From Calditrichia bacterium (GTDB lineage Bacteria; Calditrichota; Calditrichia; RBG-13-44-9; J075): 64,000 nucleotides of DNA. Shown piece after piece: positions 29,251 to 39,464 of the stretch (position 1 is its first letter; the number at the start of each line of letters is the position of its first letter). Position numbers and translations under genes: made by a program. Under the pieces are notes generated by a model that saw only the letters and a program-made list of their open reading frames with translations, made no database searches and was not told the DNA's origin. The stretch spans positions 205,300-269,299 of the forward strand of contig JANQRS010000068.1 in NCBI GenBank assembly GCA_028284445.1, written 5' to 3'.

Positions 29251-32200
29251 ATGGGGAAGCTTCACACATGTGCCGTTGTGCTATGCGTTGTTGTCGCGCT
29301 GCCGATGTTTGGCAGTGGTGGGGATGATTTTCGAAATGACAACGAAGATCGGCGCACTCGCAAAATCGATAAAGCCAAACGCATCTACGGGAAAGCAAAT
29401 GATATGTGGGATGCGGCTCACTATGATAGTGCCCGCATATACTTCCTGGACGCCGCAGTGCGCTTCCATAAGCTTGGCCTGACCAAAGAACAATTCGAAA
29501 GCAGATATTACCTCGGGCGCATGATGCTTGGGCGTATGTGGCATGATCTGAGTCTGGCCGATTCAACCCGGGATTACATACTGGATGCGATTGACATTGC
29601 CAAATCCATCAGTCCGCCTGATAAGAAGCTTCTTGAGAAGGCGGAGATGAGCCTTTACCACTATTATGTTGATACCCGTCAAATCCCCAAAGCGGTGTCC
29701 TATCTACTGTCCTTCCGGCCAGACGAAGATCCCAAACGACGTTCCGGATTTGCTTATTATCGCCTGGCAAGCAAGTTCGCTGACGAAAGCGCTGAGTTAG
29801 ATAGCTCCAATCACTACTTTTTTAAATCGCTTTCTGAATTTCGCAGATTTCAGGAAGTGGACGTGACATGCAAACGAAAAGTACCGCAGGCTTTAAAACG
29901 TCTGGGAGCAAACTACCGGCAAATGATGTACTACGACGAGGCGGAATATTTTCTGCAAGAGGGCATTCGTTTCTGTCACGAAAACTTGAAAGGTGATCCC
30001 AAATATCACCACCGTGCCGGAGAGATTTATGTGGTGTTGGCCAACCTATATGACCACTTGGGAGATGAGTACCGGGCGATTGAATATCACCAAAAGGCCT
30101 TAACTATTTGGGATGAGGTCGGGGGCAACCTGGGTGAGCAATATACCGGACTATGTCATGCCAATCTTAGCGCTGTCTACACTCAACTCCAGGAAACGGA
30201 ACTTGCCTATAAGCATTTGCGGAAAGCACGAGATATATTCCAACAACTGGAAACTAACTACAACTATGTAAGGACATACCGAACTGAAGCTCACCTCCTG
30301 GAGGCAGCCGGCCAATACCGCGAAGCTGTCCGCCGTATGCAAGAGCTCCTGCCACTTTTTACAAGGCGTCTCGGCGCAGAACACCCTGAAACAATGTTCG
30401 CACAGTTGGGAACTGCCCGCCTTTTTCACAAAGATCGCAATAATTCCAGGGCCCTGGAAATGCTGATCGAAATGGAGCGTACGGCGAAGTCTAATAGGAG
30501 TAAATTTCGTCTTCTGTTGCCGTCGTTATATGAGACATTTGGTGATGTGTATTCTGCTGAAGGTGATTTGGAACTGGCACTGGATTATTACCAACGGGCC
30601 ATTATTGCCCGGGTGCCCGGTTTTGATTATCGCAACTACCGCATGAATCCTGACGGACGTCTGGCGTACAATAAGCGTCGGTTGCTGCGGCCGCTGGTTG
30701 GCAAGGCGCGGGTCTTGCGAGTGCGTTATCACGAGAGCAGTCGCGACATTGCCGATCTAACGTTGTCCCTGGAAACGCTTCGGTTAGCCATGAACCTCTT
30801 TGGTGAAATTCGACGTGATTATCATGTACAGTCGAAGTATGCCTTCTCCCAGGAGTCTTTTGATTTGGTGCCGGAAGCGATCGAAACAGCAACAGAGCTA
30901 TACCGGCAAACCGATGACAAGCAATATCTGAGATTGGCCTTCGCCTTTTCCGAACAATTGAAGTCTGTTACCTTACGAGAAACGCTTTCAGATGCGGCTG
31001 CCAAGAATTTTGGTGGCATTCATCGCTACAAACTTCAGCAAGAGAAAGAGCTAAAGGCAGATCTGGCCTATTGTGAATTGCGTATTTCCGAGATGAAATT
31101 TGCCAGTGATCCGGCAAGCGTTATAAAACTTCGTCAACTACAGGATCAATATTTCGATCTGCGGCGGCGATACGACGAAATGATTGCTTCTTTCGAAACG
31201 GATTATCCGCGCTATTATCAACTCAAATATCAGAATCGGACGACAAGTATTGATGAAATCCAATCGCTGCTGGATGAGGAAACCGCGCTTGTCAACTATT
31301 TGGTTGGTGCTTCAAAAATCTACATTTTTGTGATCAGCAAGAATGATTTTGTGGTTCGCACGCAACGTATCGAATCTGACTTCAAAAACGTCGTCAACCA
31401 ATTCTATGTGCAGTTAAAAAAGCTGACCGAGTCCCATGCGATGCTCAAGTCCGGTAAACAGCTGCACAATATCTTGATTAATCCGATTCGTGATGCCATT
31501 GAGGACAAAGCGAAGCTGGTGATTATCCCGGATGCCGGCTTGACATATGTACCCTGTGAGGCTTTGGTTGAGACCTCTTTTCAGAGCAAGCAACGTCGAA
31601 TTCTCTTCGAAAAAGTGCCATTCCTTATTCATAAGCATGAAATTCGATATCACTATTCCGCCAATCTGTTTGTGGATGCAGCAAAGAAGCGCCAAATCCC
31701 AACCATTCAGCGTGAAAATATGCTGGCATTGGCGCCGGTATTTTCAAAGGAAGAAGGAAATGGCGTATTAGCCAGTCTCGATGAACATTTGGCCCGTATG
31801 CTAAATCTTGATGAGCTGATCGGGACGATTGACAGTGAACGAAGCAGTTTTGTCGAGCTGCCGCATTCCAAGACGGAAGTTCAACGAATTGTCAATGCCT
31901 GGAATAAGGATGATCGTCGGGCAACCGGCTATTTGGGAAGTGACGCTACCGAGACCAACTTTAAGAACGATGTGCAGAGCTATAAGTATATTCATATTGC
32001 CAGTCATAGCTTTATGCATCAGGATAATCCGCGACTGAGCGGCATTGCTTTTTCGCAATTGACACGACAGCCGACACCCGATGATGGTATTTTGTATACC
32101 AGCGAGATTTACAATCTGTCGATGAATGCCGATCTGGTGACTTTAAGCAGCTGTGAAAGCGGCGTTGGCAAGCTGATAAAGGGAGAAGGAATGATGGCGA

Positions 32201-32421
32201 TGACCCGTGGTTTCCTGACCGCAGGCGCCAAGAATGTCGTTGTTTCTCTCTGGCGGGTGCGTGACCGGCATACCACAGATTTAATGATTCGCTTTTATGA
32301 TGAGATCCTGAAAAACAAGTCTTATGGTGAGGCTTTGCGTAATGCCAAACTTGCCTTGCTCAGGAACCCGGTAACGGCGCACCCCAATTCCTGGAGCACC
32401 TTCGTGCTGGTCGGGCAATAG
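29251..32421 (+). CDS. TPR-repeat protein with C-terminal CHAT (caspase-like) peptidase domain
   Basis: N-terminal hydrophobic segment, about 600 aa of TPR-like helical repeats, and a C-terminal CHAT domain with the His/Cys dyad context (HIASHSF; LSSCESGVG). The start is uncertain: TTG at 29191, or ATG at 29227 or 29251. Confidence 0.8.
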   Translation: MGKLHTCAVVLCVVVALPMFGSGGDDFRNDNEDRRTRKIDKAKRIYGKANDMWDAAHYDSARIYFLDAAVRFHKLGLTKEQFESRYYLGRMMLGRMWHDLSLADSTRDYILDAIDIAKSISPPDKKLLEKAEMSLYHYYVDTRQIPKAVSYLLSFRPDEDPKRRSGFAYYRLASKFADESAELDSSNHYFFKSLSEFRRFQEVDVTCKRKVPQALKRLGANYRQMMYYDEAEYFLQEGIRFCHENLKGDPKYHHRAGEIYVVLANLYDHLGDEYRAIEYHQKALTIWDEVGGNLGEQYTGLCHANLSAVYTQLQETELAYKHLRKARDIFQQLETNYNYVRTYRTEAHLLEAAGQYREAVRRMQELLPLFTRRLGAEHPETMFAQLGTARLFHKDRNNSRALEMLIEMERTAKSNRSKFRLLLPSLYETFGDVYSAEGDLELALDYYQRAIIARVPGFDYRNYRMNPDGRLAYNKRRLLRPLVGKARVLRVRYHESSRDIADLTLSLETLRLAMNLFGEIRRDYHVQSKYAFSQESFDLVPEAIETATELYRQTDDKQYLRLAFAFSEQLKSVTLRETLSDAAAKNFGGIHRYKLQQEKELKADLAYCELRISEMKFASDPASVIKLRQLQDQYFDLRRRYDEMIASFETDYPRYYQLKYQNRTTSIDEIQSLLDEETALVNYLVGASKIYIFVISKNDFVVRTQRIESDFKNVVNQFYVQLKKLTESHAMLKSGKQLHNILINPIRDAIEDKAKLVIIPDAGLTYVPCEALVETSFQSKQRRILFEKVPFLIHKHEIRYHYSANLFVDAAKKRQIPTIQRENMLALAPVFSKEEGNGVLASLDEHLARMLNLDELIGTIDSERSSFVELPHSKTEVQRIVNAWNKDDRRATGYLGSDATETNFKNDVQSYKYIHIASHSFMHQDNPRLSGIAFSQLTRQPTPDDGILYTSEIYNLSMNADLVTLSSCESGVGKLIKGEGMMAMTRGFLTAGAKNVVVSLWRVRDRHTTDLMIRFYDEILKNKSYGEALRNAKLALLRNPVTAHPNSWSTFVLVGQ

Positions 32422-32439
32422 TTACCCGCCCAAGTCACT

Positions 32440-33603
32440 TCATCCAACTACCAGCCGGGGAATTTCCGGATTTAATCGCGCGACAATTTCATAATTGATC
32501 GTTCCGCAGAGCGCCGCCAACTGGTCCGCCGTAATCTCTTCTTTGCCCTGCCGACCGATTAATACCGCTTCATCGTCTAGCTGCGCTTCCGGAATATCGG
32601 AAAGATCAATCATCATCAAATTCATGCAAATGCGTCCGCGGACCGGTGCACGCTTGCCGCGAACCAATATATATCCCTGGTTCGACAAGCCTCGATCGTA
32701 TCCATCAGAATAGCCAATTGGCAAAATGCCCAGACGGGTCTCCCGGGTTGTTTTGTAGGTGCGGCCATAGCCAACCGAGCTGTCGGCCGGAACAGTTTTA
32801 ATTTGATTGAGACGCGTCTTCCAGGTAAGAACCGGCCTTAAAGCGTCCTTTACAGATCTGGCTGTTTGCTCCTGAAATGAAACCATGGTTTCCCGTGATG
32901 GCCAGAGGCCATATTGACCAATGCCAAGCCGGACCATTTCAAAGTGGGTTTCCGGGAATAGAATCGCTGCAGCAGTGCAGGCAGCATGACGACGAATAAT
33001 CGGGAATCCGGCGGTTTTGATGGTGTCAACCAGTTTGTCGAAGCTCGCGCGCTGGTGTGCAGAGTAATCGTAGTTTGTGGTGTCTTCGATGTCTGCAAAA
33101 TGGGTGTAGACGGCTTCCAGCAGAACCTGTCGCGTTGCTTTTAATTCTGTAAGGAACCCTGCGAGATCAGCTTCCGCAATGCCTTGCCGGTGCGTACCTG
33201 TTTCCAGCTTGAGGTGAATTCGGGCCAATTTGTCCTGCGGTAGGTCGAGCCGGTGCAGAGCTCGCAAGGTTTCGTGATTATAGACGACAAAACGGTAGTT
33301 CTCTTCGACAGCTTCTCTCAATCGACGCAAGGGAATTGGACCCATAATCAGCACATTTTGCCGGAAGCCGGCGCGACGTAAACGCTGCGCTTCGTCGATG
33401 GAATGGACGCAGAAGGAATCGGCGCCATGCTTGGCGGCCAGTCTGGCAATAGATTGCCAGCCGTGCCCGTAGGCATTGGCCTTTACGACAGCTGATAGCT
33501 CTGTGCCTTTGCCGATAAGCTTCCGAAAAAATCCCAGGTTCTGGGCATAGGCCGATTCCGAGATTTCTATCCAGGTGTTATTGAGGAAAAGTGATTCGAC
33601 CAT
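32440..33603 (-). CDS. alr: Alanine racemase
   Basis: PLP-lysine motif VVKANAYGHG. The length and C-terminal beta-domain are typical. Confidence 0.9.
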   Translation of the reverse strand: MVESLFLNNTWIEISESAYAQNLGFFRKLIGKGTELSAVVKANAYGHGWQSIARLAAKHGADSFCVHSIDEAQRLRRAGFRQNVLIMGPIPLRRLREAVEENYRFVVYNHETLRALHRLDLPQDKLARIHLKLETGTHRQGIAEADLAGFLTELKATRQVLLEAVYTHFADIEDTTNYDYSAHQRASFDKLVDTIKTAGFPIIRRHAACTAAAILFPETHFEMVRLGIGQYGLWPSRETMVSFQEQTARSVKDALRPVLTWKTRLNQIKTVPADSSVGYGRTYKTTRETRLGILPIGYSDGYDRGLSNQGYILVRGKRAPVRGRICMNLMMIDLSDIPEAQLDDEAVLIGRQGKEEITADQLAALCGTINYEIVARLNPEIPRLVVG

Positions 33604-33627
33604 GGTTTGACTTTCAATGCTCGCCTG

Positions 33628-35511
33628 TCAATCATAAAACAGCCAGTTGACTCCGACGCGAAAAACCCGGAAATCAGAGACCGTTGTTTCAATATAGCGG
33701 TATTTTGTGGAGAGAATATTTTCCCAAATCACAAACAGGACTGCATCATTAAAATAGGCCTGAATGCGGGCATCGAGGATGTTAAATGTTGAGGTTGAGG
33801 TACCGCTTTCGACGGTCAATATTTCATCAGCTTCAGTTAGTCGGTAGAGATTAAGCCGGCGGTCAAAAAAGATAGAACCAAGGCCGTCGATGGACTGTAG
33901 GGAGGTAATACCTTCGATGCGCAGGGCATTATTGAACGCATTAAATCCTACTTTGGCGGTAGCAACATTCTTGAATTGCGGGCCGAAGACGGTCTCAAAA
34001 TCGCGATTGTAGCTGAACTCGTTGTGAAGTTGAATGTATTTGAACAAGAGGGCGGCATTGGTGCTAACACCGCTATTCTCGTAGTTGACCGTTTTCCAGC
34101 TGCCGGAGATGGTTTCATCAATATAAGCCGGGACGTTGTTGTTTTGATATGAGAAGGCTTCTAATCCTGCCTGGAAATATTGGGAAAGTTGGAATTGCAG
34201 GCCGGCGCTAACGCCTGTTTCTTCGATCAGGTCTTCTCCCTGGAAAGCCGGTTGCGTTGGATCATCAATGCTGCGCCAAAGCAGGGGAGTTGGCCGTGAA
34301 TCGCTGAAGGCTGTCAGGTTAAGCTTGCTTCCGCCCGGTAAATGAAATGCCGCGCCAATTTTGCCATAGGGGCGTGATGCCAGTTCGCTATGCCGGTAAA
34401 TGCCGCCGCTAACTTCCAGGTTAAGCGAGGACCATCCGGTGGTTAGGTACGCACCGAGGCGCGTGTCGCTTTCACTGGCTTCCCGCCAAAAGATTTCACC
34501 CTCATTACGGATGTCACGGAAGAAACCTTTCACCCCAAAAGTCCCGCTCCCAAATGTACGCTGATAATTCCAGCGCAGGCGGCTCAGGTGATAGCGGATA
34601 TTCCGGGCCGTGATGTTGTTTTCCCAGTAGCGATCTTCAAAAGTTGTGTATTCAGGCGTAATGGTGATAACATCATTTTCGCTCAGCTTGCCGAGCAGTC
34701 CCACCCAGAATAGATGACCAACCTGCTTGAATTTGCCGGTCCGAAGGTTAGAAAAGGTATCCCCTGCACCCATGTTGAATCGTTGCCGCAACTGCCAGTA
34801 GAATACATCTGCCGACCATTTTTCTCCTCTTTCAAAGTGCCCTTGCGCGTAATAGTTGTTGACGGTAAATCTGCCGGTGAGATTGCCCTCTGCGCCACGG
34901 CCACTGAAATTGGAGCCGGATAGCTGATAATAGCTGCCCGGGGAAAAGCGTTGATTGAGGTTGACATCAAGCATGTTGATATCAAACCCATAGTCCTGAG
35001 TGAAAACAACCCGTGATTGTGGACGCCGGCCCTTTGGTGGAGTAATGCGGGTCAGTGCCAGTTGCGGACTGCCGGTCTGCTGTATCCGCTTTTCGTACTG
35101 ATACCGGCCAATCAGTTGTTCATTCCAGAAGCCCATTACCGGATTGTCAAATTCATAGCCTTCAAATTGATACTGAAAAAAGCCGGCGGGCATTCCGCGA
35201 TAGGCAGTTGTATAGGCGCGACCGCGCTGCGTCAACGACAATGGAATAACGTCGGCACGGGCCAGCATGCGCTGCTCTTCGTTTAGCTGACCATGAATGG
35301 GGATTTTCGTCAATTTTTCGGCGCCATCTTCGATAACTGCGGCTGTATCGGTCGCAACAGAATCTGCTAAACCAAGAATGGCCAATGAATCTGCTGATTG
35401 ATTTTGTAAACCGATGCTCAGGGAGTCGCCCTGCTGTTCCTGAGCAAAAAGCGGAAGAACAACATGCGAGAGCAGGATGAGTGTGAAGAGACGAATGCCA
35501 AACTGTGTCAT
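33628..35511 (-). CDS. Outer-membrane beta-barrel protein, function unknown
   Basis: Signal peptide at the ATG (MTQFGIRLFTLILLSHVVLPLFAQ). Aromatic-rich amphipathic beta-strand pattern and an aromatic C-terminus (NWLFYD). The ORF-track start at 35649 is probably too long. Confidence 0.6.
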   Translation of the reverse strand: MTQFGIRLFTLILLSHVVLPLFAQEQQGDSLSIGLQNQSADSLAILGLADSVATDTAAVIEDGAEKLTKIPIHGQLNEEQRMLARADVIPLSLTQRGRAYTTAYRGMPAGFFQYQFEGYEFDNPVMGFWNEQLIGRYQYEKRIQQTGSPQLALTRITPPKGRRPQSRVVFTQDYGFDINMLDVNLNQRFSPGSYYQLSGSNFSGRGAEGNLTGRFTVNNYYAQGHFERGEKWSADVFYWQLRQRFNMGAGDTFSNLRTGKFKQVGHLFWVGLLGKLSENDVITITPEYTTFEDRYWENNITARNIRYHLSRLRWNYQRTFGSGTFGVKGFFRDIRNEGEIFWREASESDTRLGAYLTTGWSSLNLEVSGGIYRHSELASRPYGKIGAAFHLPGGSKLNLTAFSDSRPTPLLWRSIDDPTQPAFQGEDLIEETGVSAGLQFQLSQYFQAGLEAFSYQNNNVPAYIDETISGSWKTVNYENSGVSTNAALLFKYIQLHNEFSYNRDFETVFGPQFKNVATAKVGFNAFNNALRIEGITSLQSIDGLGSIFFDRRLNLYRLTEADEILTVESGTSTSTFNILDARIQAYFNDAVLFVIWENILSTKYRYIETTVSDFRVFRVGVNWLFYD

Positions 35512-35635
35512 GAACAAGGCTACCTGTATATCCGTATTGGCTTTTAAACGCATCAATATAGGTTGTTGATCCACTGAAAAAAATAGGATTTGCAGAACTC
35601 TTGATTTTAACTTGACTAACACCCATCTTGCCTCC

Positions 35636-38095
35636 ATGAAACACTTCACCGCGTTGATTTGGACAGGTTGCGTCCTGTTTGCATCATATATATGCGCTCA
35701 ACCACAATTTGAGCGCGAAGTTAATCCTTTCTTCGTTGGTATTGATCCTGGCAGCGCATTAGATCAACCCTTTCTTGGTGGCCTGAACATGCCTGCGCCG
35801 CAATTTGTTGATATCGACAATGATGGCGATCTCGATCTTTTCGTTCATGAAGAATTAGATAGGGTTGTTTTTTTGCGTAATGAAGGAACCGCGAACACAC
35901 CCACATTTGTCTTGGAAGAAGATCAATTCCTTGATATTCGCGGGGCGAGCTGGTCGCGTTTTGTCGATGTGGATGGTGACGGTGATCTGGATCTATGTAT
36001 CGATTTCAGCGGTCGCGTAAACCTTTATCAAAATACCGGAAGCGCTGAAAGCGGATCATGGGAGCTACTTCTTGGAAGTTTGCAAACGCCGAATGGCGAT
36101 TTTGTTCAAACCGACGGCATTAGCACACCGGACTTTACTGATATTGATGGTGACGGCGATCCCGATTTGATGGTAGGCAAACAGAATGGGCGCATTACCT
36201 GGTATGAATATGTCAGTCTTAACAGCGATCAAAAACCGGTTTTTCTGCTAAAAACCGACTTTTTCTCGGAAATTGAGATCATTTTGGATGGCAAGCGGGA
36301 GAAAACGAGCCGTCATGGTGCCAATGCCTTGCACTTCTTCGATCTCAATCAAGACGGTGATCTTGATTTGTTCTGGGGTGATTTCTTTCTCGGCGGCATT
36401 GCATATCTTGAAAATGTTGGGAATGCCTCGACGCCAAACTTCGATAATTCAATGCTGGTAGAGAATTTCCCGGTAGAAGATCCGGTTGTGAGTGGCGGTT
36501 ACAATGTGCCCTGGCTGGCAGACATCAACGACGATGCGCTGCCGGATCTATTTGTGGGGATATATGGCGGTAATGTCTCCTTCCTTGAAAGTATTGAAGA
36601 TAACTTCATGTTTTATCTGAATAGCGGTACGCCGGGACAGCCGCAATTTAATCAGCAAACCCGCCGCTATCTCGATGGCCTTGATTTTGGACAGCACAGC
36701 ACGCCGCTCCTGCATGATGTTGACGATGACGGTGATCTTGATCTGTTCGTGGCAGCCCAGGAAGATTTATCCGCGCCCGATGCCGGTAACAGCCGCATTC
36801 ATTTTTATCGTAATACCGGTAGCATTACGGAACCGTCGTTGTCGCTTGAGGACGATCATCTACTGGGACGTGATGTACAATTTGAGAACAACCTGACACC
36901 GGCGCTCGCCGACCTTGATGGGGATAATGATCCCGATATGATCCTCGGTAGTTGGAATGGGGCAATGCTCTATTATCGAAACATCGGTACTTTGGCCAAT
37001 CCGCAATTTGTTGAAGCGGATGCTGGTTTTCTTGACGTGGTTATTGGTAGTCACATTGCTCCCGTGCTTCACGACGTCGATAATGACGGTGATGTGGATC
37101 TTTTTTGCGGGACGATCGGCGGCAATGTGCATTTTTATGAAAACACCGGCTCAGGAAGCGCACCACTGTTCCAGTTGGTGACCCAATCTTTTGCCAACAT
37201 TCTAGTTGGGTCTTACAGTAAACCGGCATTTGTTGATATTAATGGCGACGGCGATAAGGATCTTCTGGTCGGCAGCCTGCTGCAGGGCACCCAGCTTTAT
37301 CGGAATATCGGCGGCCCGTTGGAATTTGTGCACGATCCGGCTTTTGAATTGCCAATGTTTCGGCGCATGGCGCCCGCTGCAGGGGATCTTGACGGTGACG
37401 GTGATCCTGACCTCTTAACTGGGCTAAGCGCTGGCGGACTGGCTTATTTTCGGAATGTGAGCGAACAGGGCAGTCGCGGCTTTGATATCGAGCCGCTGGC
37501 TTTCGATTACGGCGTTGTCGAGGTTGGCCGCGAAGTGCTTTTTTCTTTTCAGATCATTAATCCGAATACTCAAATACTGACATTTGATGATATTTCGATC
37601 AGTGGCACAGATGCTGGCCGTTTTTCCGTTGCCGATAATGCGATCAATGATTTACAGCTAGGCCCTGGGGAAAAAGGGGATTTAGAGATCGCTTTCAGAC
37701 CGCAGGAAGACCTGGCTTATTCGGCAGAATTAGTTCTCGAGGTTGGTCAAGACCGATTGGCGATTCCCATAGCCGGTAAAGGCACGGTGCTGCGAGAGTC
37801 GGTAGCGGTGTTGCCCAATTTCCCCAATCCGCTTGCTGCCTCAACAACCCTGGTTTACAGCCTGAAAATTAGCGATGCCGAGCGTAATGATGCTCATGAA
37901 GTGTTTATTTTTAATACGTTGGGTCAGAAGATACGCTACTGGCGCATTTCGAATAGTAGTGCTGGTGCACGAAACACCTTAAGTTGGGATGCGCGTAACG
38001 AGGCCGGTATCCCGGTGGCCAGCGGCATCTATTTTTGCGTCCTTAAAACCAGCCGCGGGGAAATTGCGTCGCGAAAACTGGTAGTGCTGCGATAG
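35636..38095 (+). CDS. FG-GAP/VCBS-repeat beta-propeller protein with T9SS C-terminal sorting domain
   Basis: Signal peptide; more than ten DxDxDGDxDL Ca-binding FG-GAP-like repeats; C-terminal roughly 80-aa T9SS sorting domain (PNFPNPLAASTTLVYSL...GIYFCVLKTSRGEIASRKLVVLR). Confidence 0.75.
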   Translation: MKHFTALIWTGCVLFASYICAQPQFEREVNPFFVGIDPGSALDQPFLGGLNMPAPQFVDIDNDGDLDLFVHEELDRVVFLRNEGTANTPTFVLEEDQFLDIRGASWSRFVDVDGDGDLDLCIDFSGRVNLYQNTGSAESGSWELLLGSLQTPNGDFVQTDGISTPDFTDIDGDGDPDLMVGKQNGRITWYEYVSLNSDQKPVFLLKTDFFSEIEIILDGKREKTSRHGANALHFFDLNQDGDLDLFWGDFFLGGIAYLENVGNASTPNFDNSMLVENFPVEDPVVSGGYNVPWLADINDDALPDLFVGIYGGNVSFLESIEDNFMFYLNSGTPGQPQFNQQTRRYLDGLDFGQHSTPLLHDVDDDGDLDLFVAAQEDLSAPDAGNSRIHFYRNTGSITEPSLSLEDDHLLGRDVQFENNLTPALADLDGDNDPDMILGSWNGAMLYYRNIGTLANPQFVEADAGFLDVVIGSHIAPVLHDVDNDGDVDLFCGTIGGNVHFYENTGSGSAPLFQLVTQSFANILVGSYSKPAFVDINGDGDKDLLVGSLLQGTQLYRNIGGPLEFVHDPAFELPMFRRMAPAAGDLDGDGDPDLLTGLSAGGLAYFRNVSEQGSRGFDIEPLAFDYGVVEVGREVLFSFQIINPNTQILTFDDISISGTDAGRFSVADNAINDLQLGPGEKGDLEIAFRPQEDLAYSAELVLEVGQDRLAIPIAGKGTVLRESVAVLPNFPNPLAASTTLVYSLKISDAERNDAHEVFIFNTLGQKIRYWRISNSSAGARNTLSWDARNEAGIPVASGIYFCVLKTSRGEIASRKLVVLR

Positions 38096-38136
38096 CTTCC
38101 CCAATCGCAATGGTGTTTACAAGCCGGCGTCGGTCA

Positions 38137-39315
38137 CTATTGATTTTGCCAATCTCCTTCGCTATCCGTCTTAATTAGCAGAACATCACCATTAGTGCCG
38201 TCGAAGCTTTGCTGGTGACCGGTGATGATATATCCCCCGTCACTTGCTTCCCGGACCGTGTAGCCGAATTCAAGCATGTTGTTTCGTCCAAACGTTCTGT
38301 CCCAAAGCATATCCCCGGCGCTATCCGCCTTGATCAGGTAAATGTCCCGGTTTTTGTCTGTAAATCCGACCGCGATATAGCCGCCGTCCGATGTTTGATA
38401 CCCCTTGATGCCTCGTTCTTCTGCGCTTCCGCCGTGCACTTTGGTCCATTGTTCATTCCCTTCGGCGTCTGTTTTGATCAGGTACAGGTCTCTTGCGCCA
38501 TTTGTTGCAAAACTTTCACCATAACCGCTTAGCAAATAACCACCGTCGTCGGTTAATGCTATAGAATGTGCGACATCGTAACCATCTCCGCCGAAGGTCT
38601 TGAACCACTCCAGCTTTCCCCCGGCGTCTGTTTTCAGCAGATAGCCATCCCGATCTTGCGGACCGATACTGGTGAAGCTATAGCTGATACCAGTGGCGAC
38701 ATAGCCACCATCTGCAGTTTGCTGAACTGAAAAAATGCGATCGATTTTCTCACCGCCGTAGAAGTTTTCCCATTCCTTATTGCCGGCGGAATCTAACTTG
38801 ATAAGATAGGCGTCGATGTCACCATGACCGTCACTATCGCTTTGGGCGGCAATAATAAATCCGCCGTCGGCAGCTTGTCGAATGTCCCAACCGAACTCGT
38901 CTCCTTCTCCTCCAAAAGTCTTTGTCCACAGGGTTGTGCCTTCGCTGTCCGTTCGAATTAGATAGACATCGTTACCGCCATTCCCGAAACTATCGCTATA
39001 GCCTGCAATGATAAACCCGCCATCGCCGGTTTGTCTAACCGCCCAGCCATAGTCCTCTCCTTCTCCTCCAAAAGTCTTTGTCCACAGGGTGTCTCCTGAT
39101 AGATTGGTTCGTACCAATAATGCATCCTCACGCGTCGCGGGACTCTGAGTCGTATAGCCGGCTACAACAAAACCGCTGCCGATGACTTCTTCAACCGTTA
39201 CGCCGCGGTCAAATGAAGAGACGTCTATCTGCACAAAAAAGGTCTTTGGCCCCGGCCCGCAACTGTGGAATACGAGCGACAGACTCATAATAAGAACCAA
39301 CATTCTGATTGTCAT
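38137..39315 (-). CDS. Repetitive beta-propeller-like lipoprotein
   Basis: Lipobox (LVFHSC). Seven or more repeats of about 45 aa with the recurring pattern TFGG-x-DGGYI-x-G-x-S-x-DxYLIKTDxxGxxxW. Confidence 0.65.
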   Translation of the reverse strand: MTIRMLVLIMSLSLVFHSCGPGPKTFFVQIDVSSFDRGVTVEEVIGSGFVVAGYTTQSPATREDALLVRTNLSGDTLWTKTFGGEGEDYGWAVRQTGDGGFIIAGYSDSFGNGGNDVYLIRTDSEGTTLWTKTFGGEGDEFGWDIRQAADGGFIIAAQSDSDGHGDIDAYLIKLDSAGNKEWENFYGGEKIDRIFSVQQTADGGYVATGISYSFTSIGPQDRDGYLLKTDAGGKLEWFKTFGGDGYDVAHSIALTDDGGYLLSGYGESFATNGARDLYLIKTDAEGNEQWTKVHGGSAEERGIKGYQTSDGGYIAVGFTDKNRDIYLIKADSAGDMLWDRTFGRNNMLEFGYTVREASDGGYIITGHQQSFDGTNGDVLLIKTDSEGDWQNQ

Positions 39316-39464
39316 AAGGAACTCCGCATGGCTCGTTTAAACACATTGAGTTTGAATAAGTATTTCCAAATACATAACTAAGTGACAAATAGCGGGAAAA
39401 GATAGCCATTGTGCCCAAAACAATCGTCCCGATTCCGGAATTGATACTATTTAGCAGCAATTTT

